A DNA stretch of 63,509 nt, the filler included. It is 9 parts of 9 records of this genome, joined end to end, with 100 filler letters (N's around TTAATTAATTAA, not from the genome) between each part and the next. Parts side by side here need not be neighbours in the genome. Positions count along the whole stretch, not along the records: positions 1 to 13,088 come from DRR723986_25921; 8 more parts are not named here. The stretch is one strand, 5' to 3'. The translations under genes were made by a program, and so were the position numbers. Shown here piece by piece: positions 1 to 9,276 of this stretch. The notes beneath the pieces were generated by a model. The model worked only from the letters and a program-made list of their open reading frames with translations. It was not told the origin of the DNA and searched no databases. Each line of letters begins with the position of its first letter. Position 1 is the first letter of the stretch.

Positions 1-799
1 CCAGCCAGTCGCGGTTGGCTGCATCGGCAGCGTCGACGGCGGCATCCACGGTGGCGCGATCGGCATCGGACAGGCCGTCATACCACCCCTTCGACATGAT
101 TACGGCCCGCATCGGAATGATCACCCCGGCATCGGAAAAGTTGCGGACGAAGTCGGTCTGACCAAACATGACCGGCACGAAGGGCGAATTGAGATAGCCA
201 TCGATCACGCCGGTTTGCAGACCGGCTGGCACTTCGCCCCATGGCACGACCGTTCCGCTGGACCCCCAAGCTTGATACATGGCGATCTGCGCATCATCCA
301 ATGCCCTCATACGCAGGCTGGCCATGTCCGCGGGGCTGCGCACCGCCTGCGTGGTGGTGATGATGCCCGACGACGGACCAATCGGGACCAGCGCCACGAC
401 GCGCACATCCTGCGCGGCAAGGGTTTCGTTCAGGCGGTCGAACACCTGTCCCGCGGCCACCGCGCGATCCATGTGGGCCGCGTCGTCAAAGATGTAGGGC
501 AGACGCACGCCATAGATGAACGGGTCCACCTGTGCCACGGCACGCACATCCGACAGCGACACTTCGAGCAGCCCGGTCGAGACCTGATCGAATTTCTCGG
601 CCTCGTTGCCGACAGAGCCCGCAGGCATTTCGCGCGGTTCCATGCCACCGGCCTTCAGCGCGTTGCCAAAGGCAAAGGCCCAGTTGTAGGAACCGGATTG
701 CTCCATGTCCGGCTTGCCGTCGAGGGCGATCTTCACTTCGGCCGAGGCGGCCGTCGACATTGCCAGCAGGGCTGCCATCGTCAGGGCTTTGAGTTTCAT
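1..799 (-). CDS. dctP: TRAP transporter substrate-binding protein (DctP family), 3' end outside window
   Basis: Not in the ORF track. My translation from ATG at 799 (GGAGG RBS upstream) gives MKLKALTMAALLAMSTAASAEVKIAL...GNEAEKFDQVSTGLLEV...RLPYIFDDAAHMDRAV: a signal peptide plus the DctP LPY(I/L)F motif, directly downstream of dctM. Confidence 0.85.
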   Translation of the reverse strand, partial: MKLKALTMAALLAMSTAASAEVKIALDGKPDMEQSGSYNWAFAFGNALKAGGMEPREMPAGSVGNEAEKFDQVSTGLLEVSLSDVRAVAQVDPFIYGVRLPYIFDDAAHMDRAVAAGQVFDRLNETLAAQDVRVVALVPIGPSSGIITTTQAVRSPADMASLRMRALDDAQIAMYQAWGSSGTVVPWGEVPAGLQTGVIDGYLNSPFVPVMFGQTDFVRNFSDAGVIIPMRAVIMSKGWYDGLSDADRATVDAAVDAADAANRDWL

Positions 800-827
800 C
801 AGGTACCTCCCAGTTCCCAGTTCGTTG

Positions 828-2111
828 TCAATTCACGGAGAATCCGAACATGCCCGGCAATGCGAGACTGAGGGCCGGCCAATAGACCAGCACCAGCAAC
901 ACGATTACCTGCACGATGATGAAAGGCAGCGACGCATAGGCCAGCCGCCAGTAATTCAGGTTGGTCAGAGCCGAGACGACGACCAGACATTTGCCTAGCG
1001 GCGGCGTGATCAAACCGACGCATAGGTTGAAACACAACACGATGCCCAGATGCACGGGGCTGATGCCTTGCTCCAATGCCTGTGGGGCGAACAACGGGAT
1101 CAACAAGGTCAAGGCGACCGGCGTGTCCATGAACATGCCTGCGATCAGGAAAATCCCCACAAGGAAAAACAGGTATTTCGTCCCGGTCAGGCCAAAGCTC
1201 TCGACCCAGTTGGCCAAAGCCTGCGACCAGCCCAACTGGCCGGCGAGGTAGCCCAGCACCGATATCGCCGCGAGGATGATGAAAATCGTGCCAGTCATCT
1301 TGGCCGTTGCCTCAACCGCGTCGAATATCATCCGAAGGGACAACCCCTTGTAGAATTGCCCCGCAACCAGTGCGAACAGGACGGCGATGGCCGAGCCTTC
1401 TGTGGGCGTAGCCAGCCCAAAGACCAGCGCGCCCAATATGATGACGGGCAGGCACAAGGCCGGGGCCGCATTCCACAGGCTGGGCCAGAAACGCGGCAGG
1501 TCGTCGGACCTGCCGCCTGGATGGTCCCGCACGACGGCGATGCCGGCATTCAGCAGTATGAGGCTGGCCGCAAGCAGCAAACCGGGGACCACCCCCGCGA
1601 TGAACAGGGCCGCGACCGATGTTCCGGTCAGGCCTCCGTAGATAATCATGATGATCGACGGTGGGATGATTGGCCCGATCATCGACGAGGCAGCGGTGAT
1701 CGCACCGGCGTAGTACGGATCGTATCCGCGCGCGGTCATCTCGGGGACGAAGGTGCGCGACAGAGCCGCGCTGTCCGCGATGGCAGACCCCGAGATCCCG
1801 GCAAAGAACACGCTGGTCAGGATGTTCACATGCCCCAGCCCGCCCTTGAACCGCCCCACGATGGACATGGCAAAATCGATCAGGCTGCGGGTCACGCCAG
1901 CGCGGCTCATGATTTCGGCGGTCAGTATGAACAGCGGCATCGCCATAAAGGCGAAGACGTCGAGCTGCGCAAAGATCCGCTGTGGCAGAACCGACAGGTA
2001 TTGCGTCTTGTCGGTCGCAACGAAGGCCAGAACCGACACGGCCCCCATTAGGTAGGCAAAGGCCGTGCCAGAGATCAGAAGGACGATGAAGACGACGGGA
2101 ATGTAATACAT
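828..2111 (-). CDS. dctM: TRAP transporter large permease (DctM)
   Basis: 427 aa and hydrophobic, with motifs AMPLFIL, GGLGHVN, FAGISGSAIAD, IIPPSI, ATPTE and GLITPPLG. Confidence 0.93.
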   Translation of the reverse strand: MYYIPVVFIVLLISGTAFAYLMGAVSVLAFVATDKTQYLSVLPQRIFAQLDVFAFMAMPLFILTAEIMSRAGVTRSLIDFAMSIVGRFKGGLGHVNILTSVFFAGISGSAIADSAALSRTFVPEMTARGYDPYYAGAITAASSMIGPIIPPSIIMIIYGGLTGTSVAALFIAGVVPGLLLAASLILLNAGIAVVRDHPGGRSDDLPRFWPSLWNAAPALCLPVIILGALVFGLATPTEGSAIAVLFALVAGQFYKGLSLRMIFDAVEATAKMTGTIFIILAAISVLGYLAGQLGWSQALANWVESFGLTGTKYLFFLVGIFLIAGMFMDTPVALTLLIPLFAPQALEQGISPVHLGIVLCFNLCVGLITPPLGKCLVVVSALTNLNYWRLAYASLPFIIVQVIVLLVLVYWPALSLALPGMFGFSVN

Positions 2112-2114
2112 GGA

Positions 2115-3647
2115 TCAGACCGCCGTGTTCATCGAATTGGCACTGCGCGCGTCATCACCGCTCAGCATCGGCGGATGTGTCACGATCGAGCGCGGATCGA
2201 TCCCCGGGGGCGCGGTGGCCTCCAGATCCGCGCGCGGGCGGGCCGTCACCTCGGAGTGTGCGAACAGGGTTTCGAACGCCCGGGCCTGGTCCAGCAGCGC
2301 GGCATCGCCGCGTACGGCCCCCAGCATCTGCATGCCAAAGGGCATGCCGTGTGGATCACGCCCGCAGGGCAGCGTGATCGCCGGTCCACCGGCCAGCGAG
2401 CCGCGATAGGCCAGCGCAAGCCAGCGATAGTAGATATCCATCTCTTGCCCGTCGATGACCTGTGCATGGGACTGCGTCCAGGGAAAGGGCGAAACCGGCG
2501 AAGTCGGCAGCAAGATGACGTCGAAGTCCTGCATCAGCGCATTGAACCTGCGCAGGATGCGGGTCTGTTCCAGGTGGGCCCAGGCCCGGTCGGACAGTGT
2601 CATGTTCAAGCCAAGGCCGACATTCTCCGCGATGTGCGGCCCGAGCGTTTCGGGTGCGGTCCGAAAGGTCTCTGCAAAGGCTGCGACAAAGCTCTCGGCG
2701 CGCAGGATATCGAAACATCTGTCCATATCGCCCAGGGACAGGTCCGCAGGGCGACATTCCCTGACATGCGGTGCAATCAGATCGATCCGGGACAGGAAAG
2801 ACTGCCGTATTCCGGGATCGACAGCCGCACCCCCGAAATCCGCGCTGTAGCCAACCCGCAGGTCCTTCAGGTCGACCTCTGCCGGGGTCGCAAATCGGTC
2901 CGGCGAGGCGGCACATGACAACGGATCGTCCGCGTCATGCCCTTGGCAAACCCGCAGCATCAGGACCAGATCATCCATGCTGCGCGCCATCGGGCCCAGC
3001 ACCGACAGGCCGGACCACCCAAGCGGCCGCGTGGGGTGCGCAATCACATCGACCGAGGGGCGATACCCCACGACGCCGCAGAGCGCGGCGGGAATTCGCA
3101 GCGATCCCCCGGTATCGGACCCGGTACAAAGCGGCAGCAAGTCTGCTGCAAGCGCTGCGGCCGAACCCCCCGATGACCCGCCTGCTATCAGGTTGGGATC
3201 GAACGGATTGCCCGTCGCGCCCCAGACCGGATTGCGGCTGTTGCCGCCTGCGCCCAGTTCAGGGACATTGGTCTTGGCCAGAACGATGGCCCCCGCGTCC
3301 CGCAGGCGCGCCACCATCGGCAAGTCCGTCGTAGACACATTGCCGCGCGCGCGGATGCTGCCGTGGGTTGTCAAAAGGCCCTTGGCATCCTGCAAGTCCT
3401 TGACCCCGATGGGAAGACCGTCCAGTGGCCCCTTGGGTTGCGCGGCCTGCCAGCGCGCCGTTGCCTGCTCGGCTTCGGCTCGTGCGGTCTCGAAATCCGT
3501 TGCGGCCAAAGCGTTGATCTTTGGATTGACCTGCTGGATACGCGCAATACAGGACGCCAGATACTCGGTTGGCGTCAGTGTCTTGTTCCTGAATGCTGCC
3601 AACACGTCGCAGGCGGACCATGCCGTCAGGGACAAGACAGAGTCCAA
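2115..3647 (-). CDS. Amidase (amidase-signature family)
   Basis: Motifs GPLDGLPIGVKD, AGGSSGGSAAA and GSDTGGSLRIPA (Lys-cisSer-Ser triad). TTG start is uncertain. Confidence 0.92.
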   Translation of the reverse strand: MDSVLSLTAWSACDVLAAFRNKTLTPTEYLASCIARIQQVNPKINALAATDFETARAEAEQATARWQAAQPKGPLDGLPIGVKDLQDAKGLLTTHGSIRARGNVSTTDLPMVARLRDAGAIVLAKTNVPELGAGGNSRNPVWGATGNPFDPNLIAGGSSGGSAAALAADLLPLCTGSDTGGSLRIPAALCGVVGYRPSVDVIAHPTRPLGWSGLSVLGPMARSMDDLVLMLRVCQGHDADDPLSCAASPDRFATPAEVDLKDLRVGYSADFGGAAVDPGIRQSFLSRIDLIAPHVRECRPADLSLGDMDRCFDILRAESFVAAFAETFRTAPETLGPHIAENVGLGLNMTLSDRAWAHLEQTRILRRFNALMQDFDVILLPTSPVSPFPWTQSHAQVIDGQEMDIYYRWLALAYRGSLAGGPAITLPCGRDPHGMPFGMQMLGAVRGDAALLDQARAFETLFAHSEVTARPRADLEATAPPGIDPRSIVTHPPMLSGDDARSANSMNTAV

Positions 3648-3753
3648 GCCAAGGATTTAATGCGAATCGACACCACTGCCCTCCCAAACAACGTGCTGAC
3701 TTAAGGTAAAATTATAGTCTGCCGGAAAATAGAGGCTAATATCGCATCAAACC

Positions 3754-4701
3754 TTAACCAAACGGAATGGTTTTCGGATCACTCGGCCCTTGTCGGAGGC
3801 ATTTCAGGAACAGCGACACCGTGCCGTTCTGCATCGCCTGGCTGCCCCGCCAAAAGCACCGTACTTCAGACAACAGACCCTGCGTGTCGAGGGGCAGCGT
3901 CGCCAGTTCGCCGCGCGCGGTATGGGTCTGGGCTAGACGCTGCGGCATGAAGCAGAGCGCGGGCATGACCTGCAAAAGTTCGATGTTCAGCGCCAGCGAC
4001 AGCGAGGCAATCGAGTTGCCGGGCGGCGGCAACCCGTGCCTTGCGAACAGCGCATCTATGGCCTGCCGCGCGACGGAATGCGCCTGCGGAAGGATCCAGG
4101 GGACCGCACCCACGTCCTGCCATTCCACGGCCGGCGTCTGTGCCAAAGGATGATCCCGACTGGCAACCACCTGGATCGGTTCAGAAAACAGCGCCATTTG
4201 TTCAATGCCGGGAATTTCCTGCGGTTGCCAGATCCGCGCGATCAGGACGTCGATCCGCCCGGCTTCCAACTCTGGGTACAGCTCGACGAAGTGTCCCTCC
4301 ATGACCGACAGGCTGGCCTGCGGCGCACTGCGCTTGAACATCGCTATCGCCCCCGGCAAGAGCGTCGGCGCGACCGAGCTGACAACCCCGATCGACACCG
4401 ATCCAGACAGACCACTGGCCATCGCTTCCATATCGAACGCCGCCCGATCCAATTGGACCAAGACCTGACGGGCATGGTCTGCCAGCCTGCGCCCGATCGG
4501 GGTCAGGTGCAGCCTGTTGCGCTCTCGCGTGACCACGGGCACGCCGACGATCCGTTCCAGCTCGGCGATCTGCTTGGAAACGGCGGGCTGCGAGACATCC
4601 AGCGCCTCGGACACACGCGCGACCAGTTTCAGATCGGCCAGGGCGGCGATCACCCGAAGGTGTCGCAGGGTCATGGATTGCAGAAAATCACTGGCCGACA
4701 T
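3754..4701 (-). CDS. LysR-family transcriptional regulator
   Basis: HTH TLRHLRVIAAL...LDVSQPAVSKQIAELE plus a substrate-binding domain. Start trimmed to the ATG at 4701. Confidence 0.92.
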   Translation of the reverse strand: MSASDFLQSMTLRHLRVIAALADLKLVARVSEALDVSQPAVSKQIAELERIVGVPVVTRERNRLHLTPIGRRLADHARQVLVQLDRAAFDMEAMASGLSGSVSIGVVSSVAPTLLPGAIAMFKRSAPQASLSVMEGHFVELYPELEAGRIDVLIARIWQPQEIPGIEQMALFSEPIQVVASRDHPLAQTPAVEWQDVGAVPWILPQAHSVARQAIDALFARHGLPPPGNSIASLSLALNIELLQVMPALCFMPQRLAQTHTARGELATLPLDTQGLLSEVRCFWRGSQAMQNGTVSLFLKCLRQGPSDPKTIPFG

Positions 4702-4817
4702 TGCCCCGCCCCCCCCCCGAACTGTCGTGCCCATTGATCTGTCACAATTGGCGGGCCGGGACCAGCTTTGGGCGCGCGGTGAACCGCCGTTTCTCAGCCG
4801 AGGGGCCAACCGGCAAC

Positions 4818-5003
4818 TCAGCCATTCGGGGCCGGATGCAGGAAGGTCGAGGGCGATGTCTCGGACCCGCGTTCGACCGGCACCTCGATCAGGGCCGGGT
4901 CACCGCTGGCGATGACCCTGTCCGGGGCTTCGGCCAAGGCGGCGGGCGTTTCAGCCCGTTCGGCAGCCATGCCCGAACTGCGCGCCAAGGCCACGAACCG
5001 GTC
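4818..5003 (-). pseudogene. C-terminal remnant of a thiamine-pyrophosphate-dependent (acetolactate synthase-like) enzyme
   Basis: DRFVALARSSGMAAERAETPAALAEAPDRVIASGDPALIEVPV resembles the PDFVxLAxSFG...GPALIEV tail of TPP enzymes. No upstream body of the gene is present. Confidence 0.65.
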
Positions 5004-5523
5004 AAACAGCGCAGGTTGCGCCTCCTGTCGCGGTCCCATCATCGCCGATCCTCCCACCCGTTGCGGAAATTGAATCAGCCAACAGCCCTTCGATCGAGGA
5101 CGCGTTTTTTAACAAAATAAGCCCTTCCTGCCCCGGACGACGCGATCGGCCCAAAGCAGTCATCCACTGTTTCCCGCAACGCTGCGGTGTGGCTTCACCG
5201 AACCGGCCATGCGCAACGCGCATCATTTCCCCCTCCCAGATGACCGCAGAGCGGACATTCCTGCCGTTCGCTGCGTGCGCTCGCTTTCGGCCGCGGTGCC
5301 GAGCGCCCGAAAAATTTAGAAGAGAAGCCACCTTTCGCCATTGGCGGATCGTGCCTCCAAAGCGCCGTGGCGGAGGCGGCCCGCACCTCGGTCGCGCCAG
5401 ATCAAACTCGTTGGCCGCCACGCCAGTGCGTGCCGGATGCGCGCTGCCGGTCAGAAGAGGCCGGTAAAACCGGACCCTCTCAAGTATTTCGGGAAATCAC
5501 CCTTGGTTTTCACCTTGCGGGGC

Positions 5524-6186
5524 TCAGCCCGCTCTCGCCGCAAGACCCATGAACTCCTCCACGGTCGGCGTCACCCGTTCGAACTGGTCGAGTTGGCGCG
5601 CGTAGAAATGCCCACCGAGACGCCCGACGGCGTCGATGCCGATCTGATCGACGTAATGGGTTTCCGGGTCCACAAGTGTCTCGCGCACGAACATGCGCTT
5701 GACCTCGCCCAGCACGATGGTGCGCGCGGGGCTGACCGGGACCGTCTGCACCAGATGGCACTCGAAGGCGGCAGGGGCGGCGAGGATGCGCGGGCTGCGC
5801 ACGGTCTCGCCGGCTGCGGTTTCGAGCCCCGCAAGGGCGAGCTCGTCGACGTCCGCCGGGAACTTGATCGAGCATATCTCCATCTGGTCGACGAGCGCAT
5901 GATCCGAGATGTGGACGGTGAACTCGCCGGTGGCGAGGATGTTCGCCGCCGTGTCCTTGGGGGTGCCGTCGGGCTTGTGCTCGATCCCCACGGCCATGAT
6001 CGCCGGATCATGGGTGAGGATGTTGAAGAAGCTGAAGGAGCCCGCATTGGGCGTACCGCCCTCCGACAGGGTGGTGATCAGCGCGATGGGGCGCGGGATC
6101 ACCGTGCCGATCAGCAGCTTGTAGCGCTGCTTCGGCGTCAGCCCGGCGAAGTCGAAGGCGAGGCTGGTCATGGGCTGATCTTTCAT
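5524..6186 (-). CDS. Flavin reductase-like FMN-binding protein
   Basis: Motifs RYKLLIGTVIPRPIALITT, NAGSFSFFN, KDTAANILATGEFTV and GRLGG. ATGA overlap with the upstream gene. Confidence 0.9.
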   Translation of the reverse strand: MKDQPMTSLAFDFAGLTPKQRYKLLIGTVIPRPIALITTLSEGGTPNAGSFSFFNILTHDPAIMAVGIEHKPDGTPKDTAANILATGEFTVHISDHALVDQMEICSIKFPADVDELALAGLETAAGETVRSPRILAAPAAFECHLVQTVPVSPARTIVLGEVKRMFVRETLVDPETHYVDQIGIDAVGRLGGHFYARQLDQFERVTPTVEEFMGLAARAG

Positions 6187-7592
6187 GCGGGGATCCGGTG
6201 CGTCTCGAGGGGCGTGTGGCGCGAGAGGTTCTCGAAGCCGTCGGCGGTCACGACATACATGTCACCGATGTTGCAGCCCGCCGACATGGGCTCGAGCCAT
6301 TGCGTGTGCAGGACGAAGACCATGCCCTCTTCGAGGCAGTCATAGTTGTGCGAGGAGATGTTGAAGGCATTCTGCCCGCCCGCCATGCCGACCGAATGGC
6401 CGAGGTTGGGGTTATGCGGGCCGAAGGTTGCCGGGTAAACGTGCATCAGCTTGCGGCCCTGCGCCTCGTAGTCGGCATCGGGGACATACTGGCGCGGGAT
6501 CTCGCGCGGGCCGCCATCGTCGGCGGTGCGCCAGTTGTAGGGCATGGTGCGGGCCTCTGCGTCCTTCAGCAAGCCGGCCTCGATATAGCTGTCGAAAGCG
6601 GCGTTGTTCAGGTCGCGGATCAACGTGCCGGGGCGGATCAGCTTCTCGGCGGCCTTTACGCCGCGGGTGCAGGTGTCCAGCACCAGTTCCTGCCGGTCGG
6701 TCAACTCGCCGAAGGCGAACATGCGCGCGGTCTGGGCGGTGTAGCCTTGATAGGTGACGTTCGACACATAGAGGTTCGCCAGATCTCCCTTGCGCATGAC
6801 ATGGCCGTAGGGCTTGCCGCAATGGGTGCCCCATTCGTTGGCGCCGATCTGGTAGCCGTCGCCGGTCTCGCCGCCGCGGGCCATCTGAGCGAGGGTGAAG
6901 GCGGCGTAGATCTCGTAGTCGGTCACGCCGGGACGGGCGACGTGATAGGCCGCCTGTGTCGCGATGCTGATGAGCTGCGCCGCAGTGCGGAACTGAGCGA
7001 TCTCGGCGGGCGTGCGGTTGCGCTGCATCCGGTCGAGAATTCCCTGCTGGTCCGAGAATTTCGCCTTGGGCATCTCGGACACCAGCGCGGCACGGAACCC
7101 GGCCGAGCGCTTGTCACCGATGAAGCCGATATTGTCGGCCTTCAGCTCACGCAGGATACCAATCAGCGCCTGCATCGTCTTGGCATCGCTGTCACCGGGG
7201 ATATCGGCGTATTCGCGGCCCACGGCGCCGATCTGCAGGATGCGGTCCACGCCGACCGGCTCGCCGCCGGGCGGCAGGATCACCGACTGGGTGAAGAACG
7301 ACAGCAGCGTGGGCGCCTTGTCCTCGTCCATCGGCACGATCAGCACGCCCTCGCGCATCCAGTCGCAGAGGTAGCGCAGGTAGGCATGGGCCGCGTGGAA
7401 CCAGCCGACGCTGTCGCAATGCACGACCACCGCGTCGAGCCCGGCAGAAACCGCCTCGCGCTTCAGCTTGCGCATCCGCTCGGCGTATTCCTCCGGCGGG
7501 ATCGGCATTGCGGGGGTGAAGTCGAAGTCGGGGGCGAAATCGCCGAGCAGGCTTTCGATGGACGGCCGGGCGCCGGAGCTGTGCGCGTTCAT
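6183..7592 (-). CDS. M24 (pita-bread fold) hydrolase, creatinase/ectoine-hydrolase-like, non-canonical metal site
   Basis: Creatinase-type N domain (EEYAERMRKL...LRYL), then R..RTPAEIAQFR, ARPGVTDYEI, LGHSVGM and EGMVF...VVTADGFENLS. Start chosen at ATG 7592 after AAGGA. Confidence 0.82.
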   Translation of the reverse strand: MNAHSSGARPSIESLLGDFAPDFDFTPAMPIPPEEYAERMRKLKREAVSAGLDAVVVHCDSVGWFHAAHAYLRYLCDWMREGVLIVPMDEDKAPTLLSFFTQSVILPPGGEPVGVDRILQIGAVGREYADIPGDSDAKTMQALIGILRELKADNIGFIGDKRSAGFRAALVSEMPKAKFSDQQGILDRMQRNRTPAEIAQFRTAAQLISIATQAAYHVARPGVTDYEIYAAFTLAQMARGGETGDGYQIGANEWGTHCGKPYGHVMRKGDLANLYVSNVTYQGYTAQTARMFAFGELTDRQELVLDTCTRGVKAAEKLIRPGTLIRDLNNAAFDSYIEAGLLKDAEARTMPYNWRTADDGGPREIPRQYVPDADYEAQGRKLMHVYPATFGPHNPNLGHSVGMAGGQNAFNISSHNYDCLEEGMVFVLHTQWLEPMSAGCNIGDMYVVTADGFENLSRHTPLETHRIPA

Positions 7593-7623
7593 GGGATTGT
7601 CCTTTGCGTGAGTGAGTGCGGGG

Positions 7624-8439
7624 TCAGCGGGCATCGCGCCCGCCGAAGCGTTGCAGGGTGACCAGCAGGAGGGCCGCGGCGAGGATCAGCACGCCCGAGA
7701 CCGCAGCGACACGTCCGTCGAGGCTTTCCTCGAGCATGGCGAAGAGGCGCAGCGGCAGCATGGTCCGGCCGGGATCGCCGAGGAAGAGCGTCACCGACAC
7801 GTTGTCGAGCGACTGCATGAAGACGAGGAAGGCGCCCGCGAGGATACCAGGAAGAATGCCCGGCAGGCTGATCCGCAGGAAGGTGCGGGCGCGGCTGGCG
7901 CCGAGCGTGGCCGAGGCTTCCTCGAGCGCCGGGTTCATGCGCTGCGCGAGCCCCAGCACGGTGCGGAACATCAGCGGCGCGAAGACAGCCGCGTGGCCGA
8001 TCAGCACCGCGACGAAGGACGGGCCGAGGCCCAGAAGGCTCAGGGTCAGCAGCGCTGCGAGCGCGTAGACGAGGCTTGGCAGCACCAGCGGTGCCAGCAG
8101 CACCGGCTCGACCGACCCGGCGAAGCGCTTCGGCGCGCGCGCCAGCGCCCAGGCGGCAGGGGCGGTGATCAGCGTGACCACGACGACCGTGGAGAGCGCC
8201 ACCTTGATCGAGTTCTTCGCGGCGGTGTGAATCGGCTCGGAGGCGATCGGGTCGAACAGCTTCTCGTACCAACGCAGCGAGAAGCCCTCGGGCGGGAAGC
8301 GCAGCGTCGTGCCGGAGTTGAAGGACATCAGCAGCGCCAGCAGGATCGGGCTGATCATGAAGGCCAGCACCGCGAGGCCGCAGCCCCAGACGAAGGCCCA
8401 GTAGAGCGCAGTTAAAATCTTCGAACGTGTCTCACGCAT
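7624..8439 (-). CDS. ABC transporter permease (PotC-like)
   Basis: FPPEGFSLRWY and the EAA motif LEEASATLGAS. Confidence 0.9.
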   Translation of the reverse strand: MRETRSKILTALYWAFVWGCGLAVLAFMISPILLALLMSFNSGTTLRFPPEGFSLRWYEKLFDPIASEPIHTAAKNSIKVALSTVVVVTLITAPAAWALARAPKRFAGSVEPVLLAPLVLPSLVYALAALLTLSLLGLGPSFVAVLIGHAAVFAPLMFRTVLGLAQRMNPALEEASATLGASRARTFLRISLPGILPGILAGAFLVFMQSLDNVSVTLFLGDPGRTMLPLRLFAMLEESLDGRVAAVSGVLILAAALLLVTLQRFGGRDAR

Positions 8440-9262
8440 GGCCTTGGAGCCTTTCGTGACGCGCGAGCATGGTCAGGCCCAGCATGATGACGCCGGTGGA
8501 CGCCAGAAGAAGGATCGAGATCGCGGCGGCCATCGGCCATTGGAAGAGGACACCGACCTCGCGGTAGACGAATTGCGGAAGATAGATCAGCCGCGCACCG
8601 CCGATGACGCTCTGCGTCACGTAAGAGGTGGTGGCGGAGGCGAAGACCAGCACCCAGCCCGCCAGCACGGCGGGGATGATCTGCGGGAAGATCGCCGAGA
8701 ACCAGGCGCGCCAGCGGCCTGCTCCCAGCACCTCGGCAGCCTCCAGCGTCTTGCGGTCGGCGCGGTTGAGTACGGCGAAGACCGGCAGCAGCAGCAGCGG
8801 CAGTTCGATCTGCACCAGCGCAATGATCAGCCCGGTCTCGGAGAAGAGCAGCGAGACCGGACGCTCGGTGAGGCCGAGCCCCAGCAGCGACTGGCTGATC
8901 GGCCCGTTGCGGCCGAGCAGCACCACCCAGGCGAAGGTGCGCACCACGTTGGCGGTCAGCATCGGCAGCAGCGTGCAGATCAGGATCAGCCCGCGGAGAC
9001 GTTTCCCCGCGTGCCAATAGAGCATGACCAGCGGCAGCGCCGCCAGCGAGACGAAGAAGGTCACCTTCGCCCCCAGCGCCAGCGTGCCGGTGAGCACGCC
9101 GCGCGCGAAGGGGTCGGAAAGGAAGGCCGCGAAGTTCCCAAGGCCCCAACTCCCATCCTCCCCGCGCAGGCTGATGCCGGCGAGCAGCAGCAGCGGCGCG
9201 ATGAAGAACAGCACCATGAAGGCGATCATGGGCCACGACAGTAAGGTTTCCTTGCGGATCAT
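8432..9262 (-). CDS. ABC transporter permease (PotB-like)
   Basis: LLPMLTANVVRTFAWVVLLGRNG and the EAA motif LEAAEVLGAG. Start trimmed to the ATG at 9262. Confidence 0.9.
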   Translation of the reverse strand: MIRKETLLSWPMIAFMVLFFIAPLLLLAGISLRGEDGSWGLGNFAAFLSDPFARGVLTGTLALGAKVTFFVSLAALPLVMLYWHAGKRLRGLILICTLLPMLTANVVRTFAWVVLLGRNGPISQSLLGLGLTERPVSLLFSETGLIIALVQIELPLLLLPVFAVLNRADRKTLEAAEVLGAGRWRAWFSAIFPQIIPAVLAGWVLVFASATTSYVTQSVIGGARLIYLPQFVYREVGVLFQWPMAAAISILLLASTGVIMLGLTMLARHERLQGHA

Positions 9263-9276
9263 CGCGGCTCTCCCGA

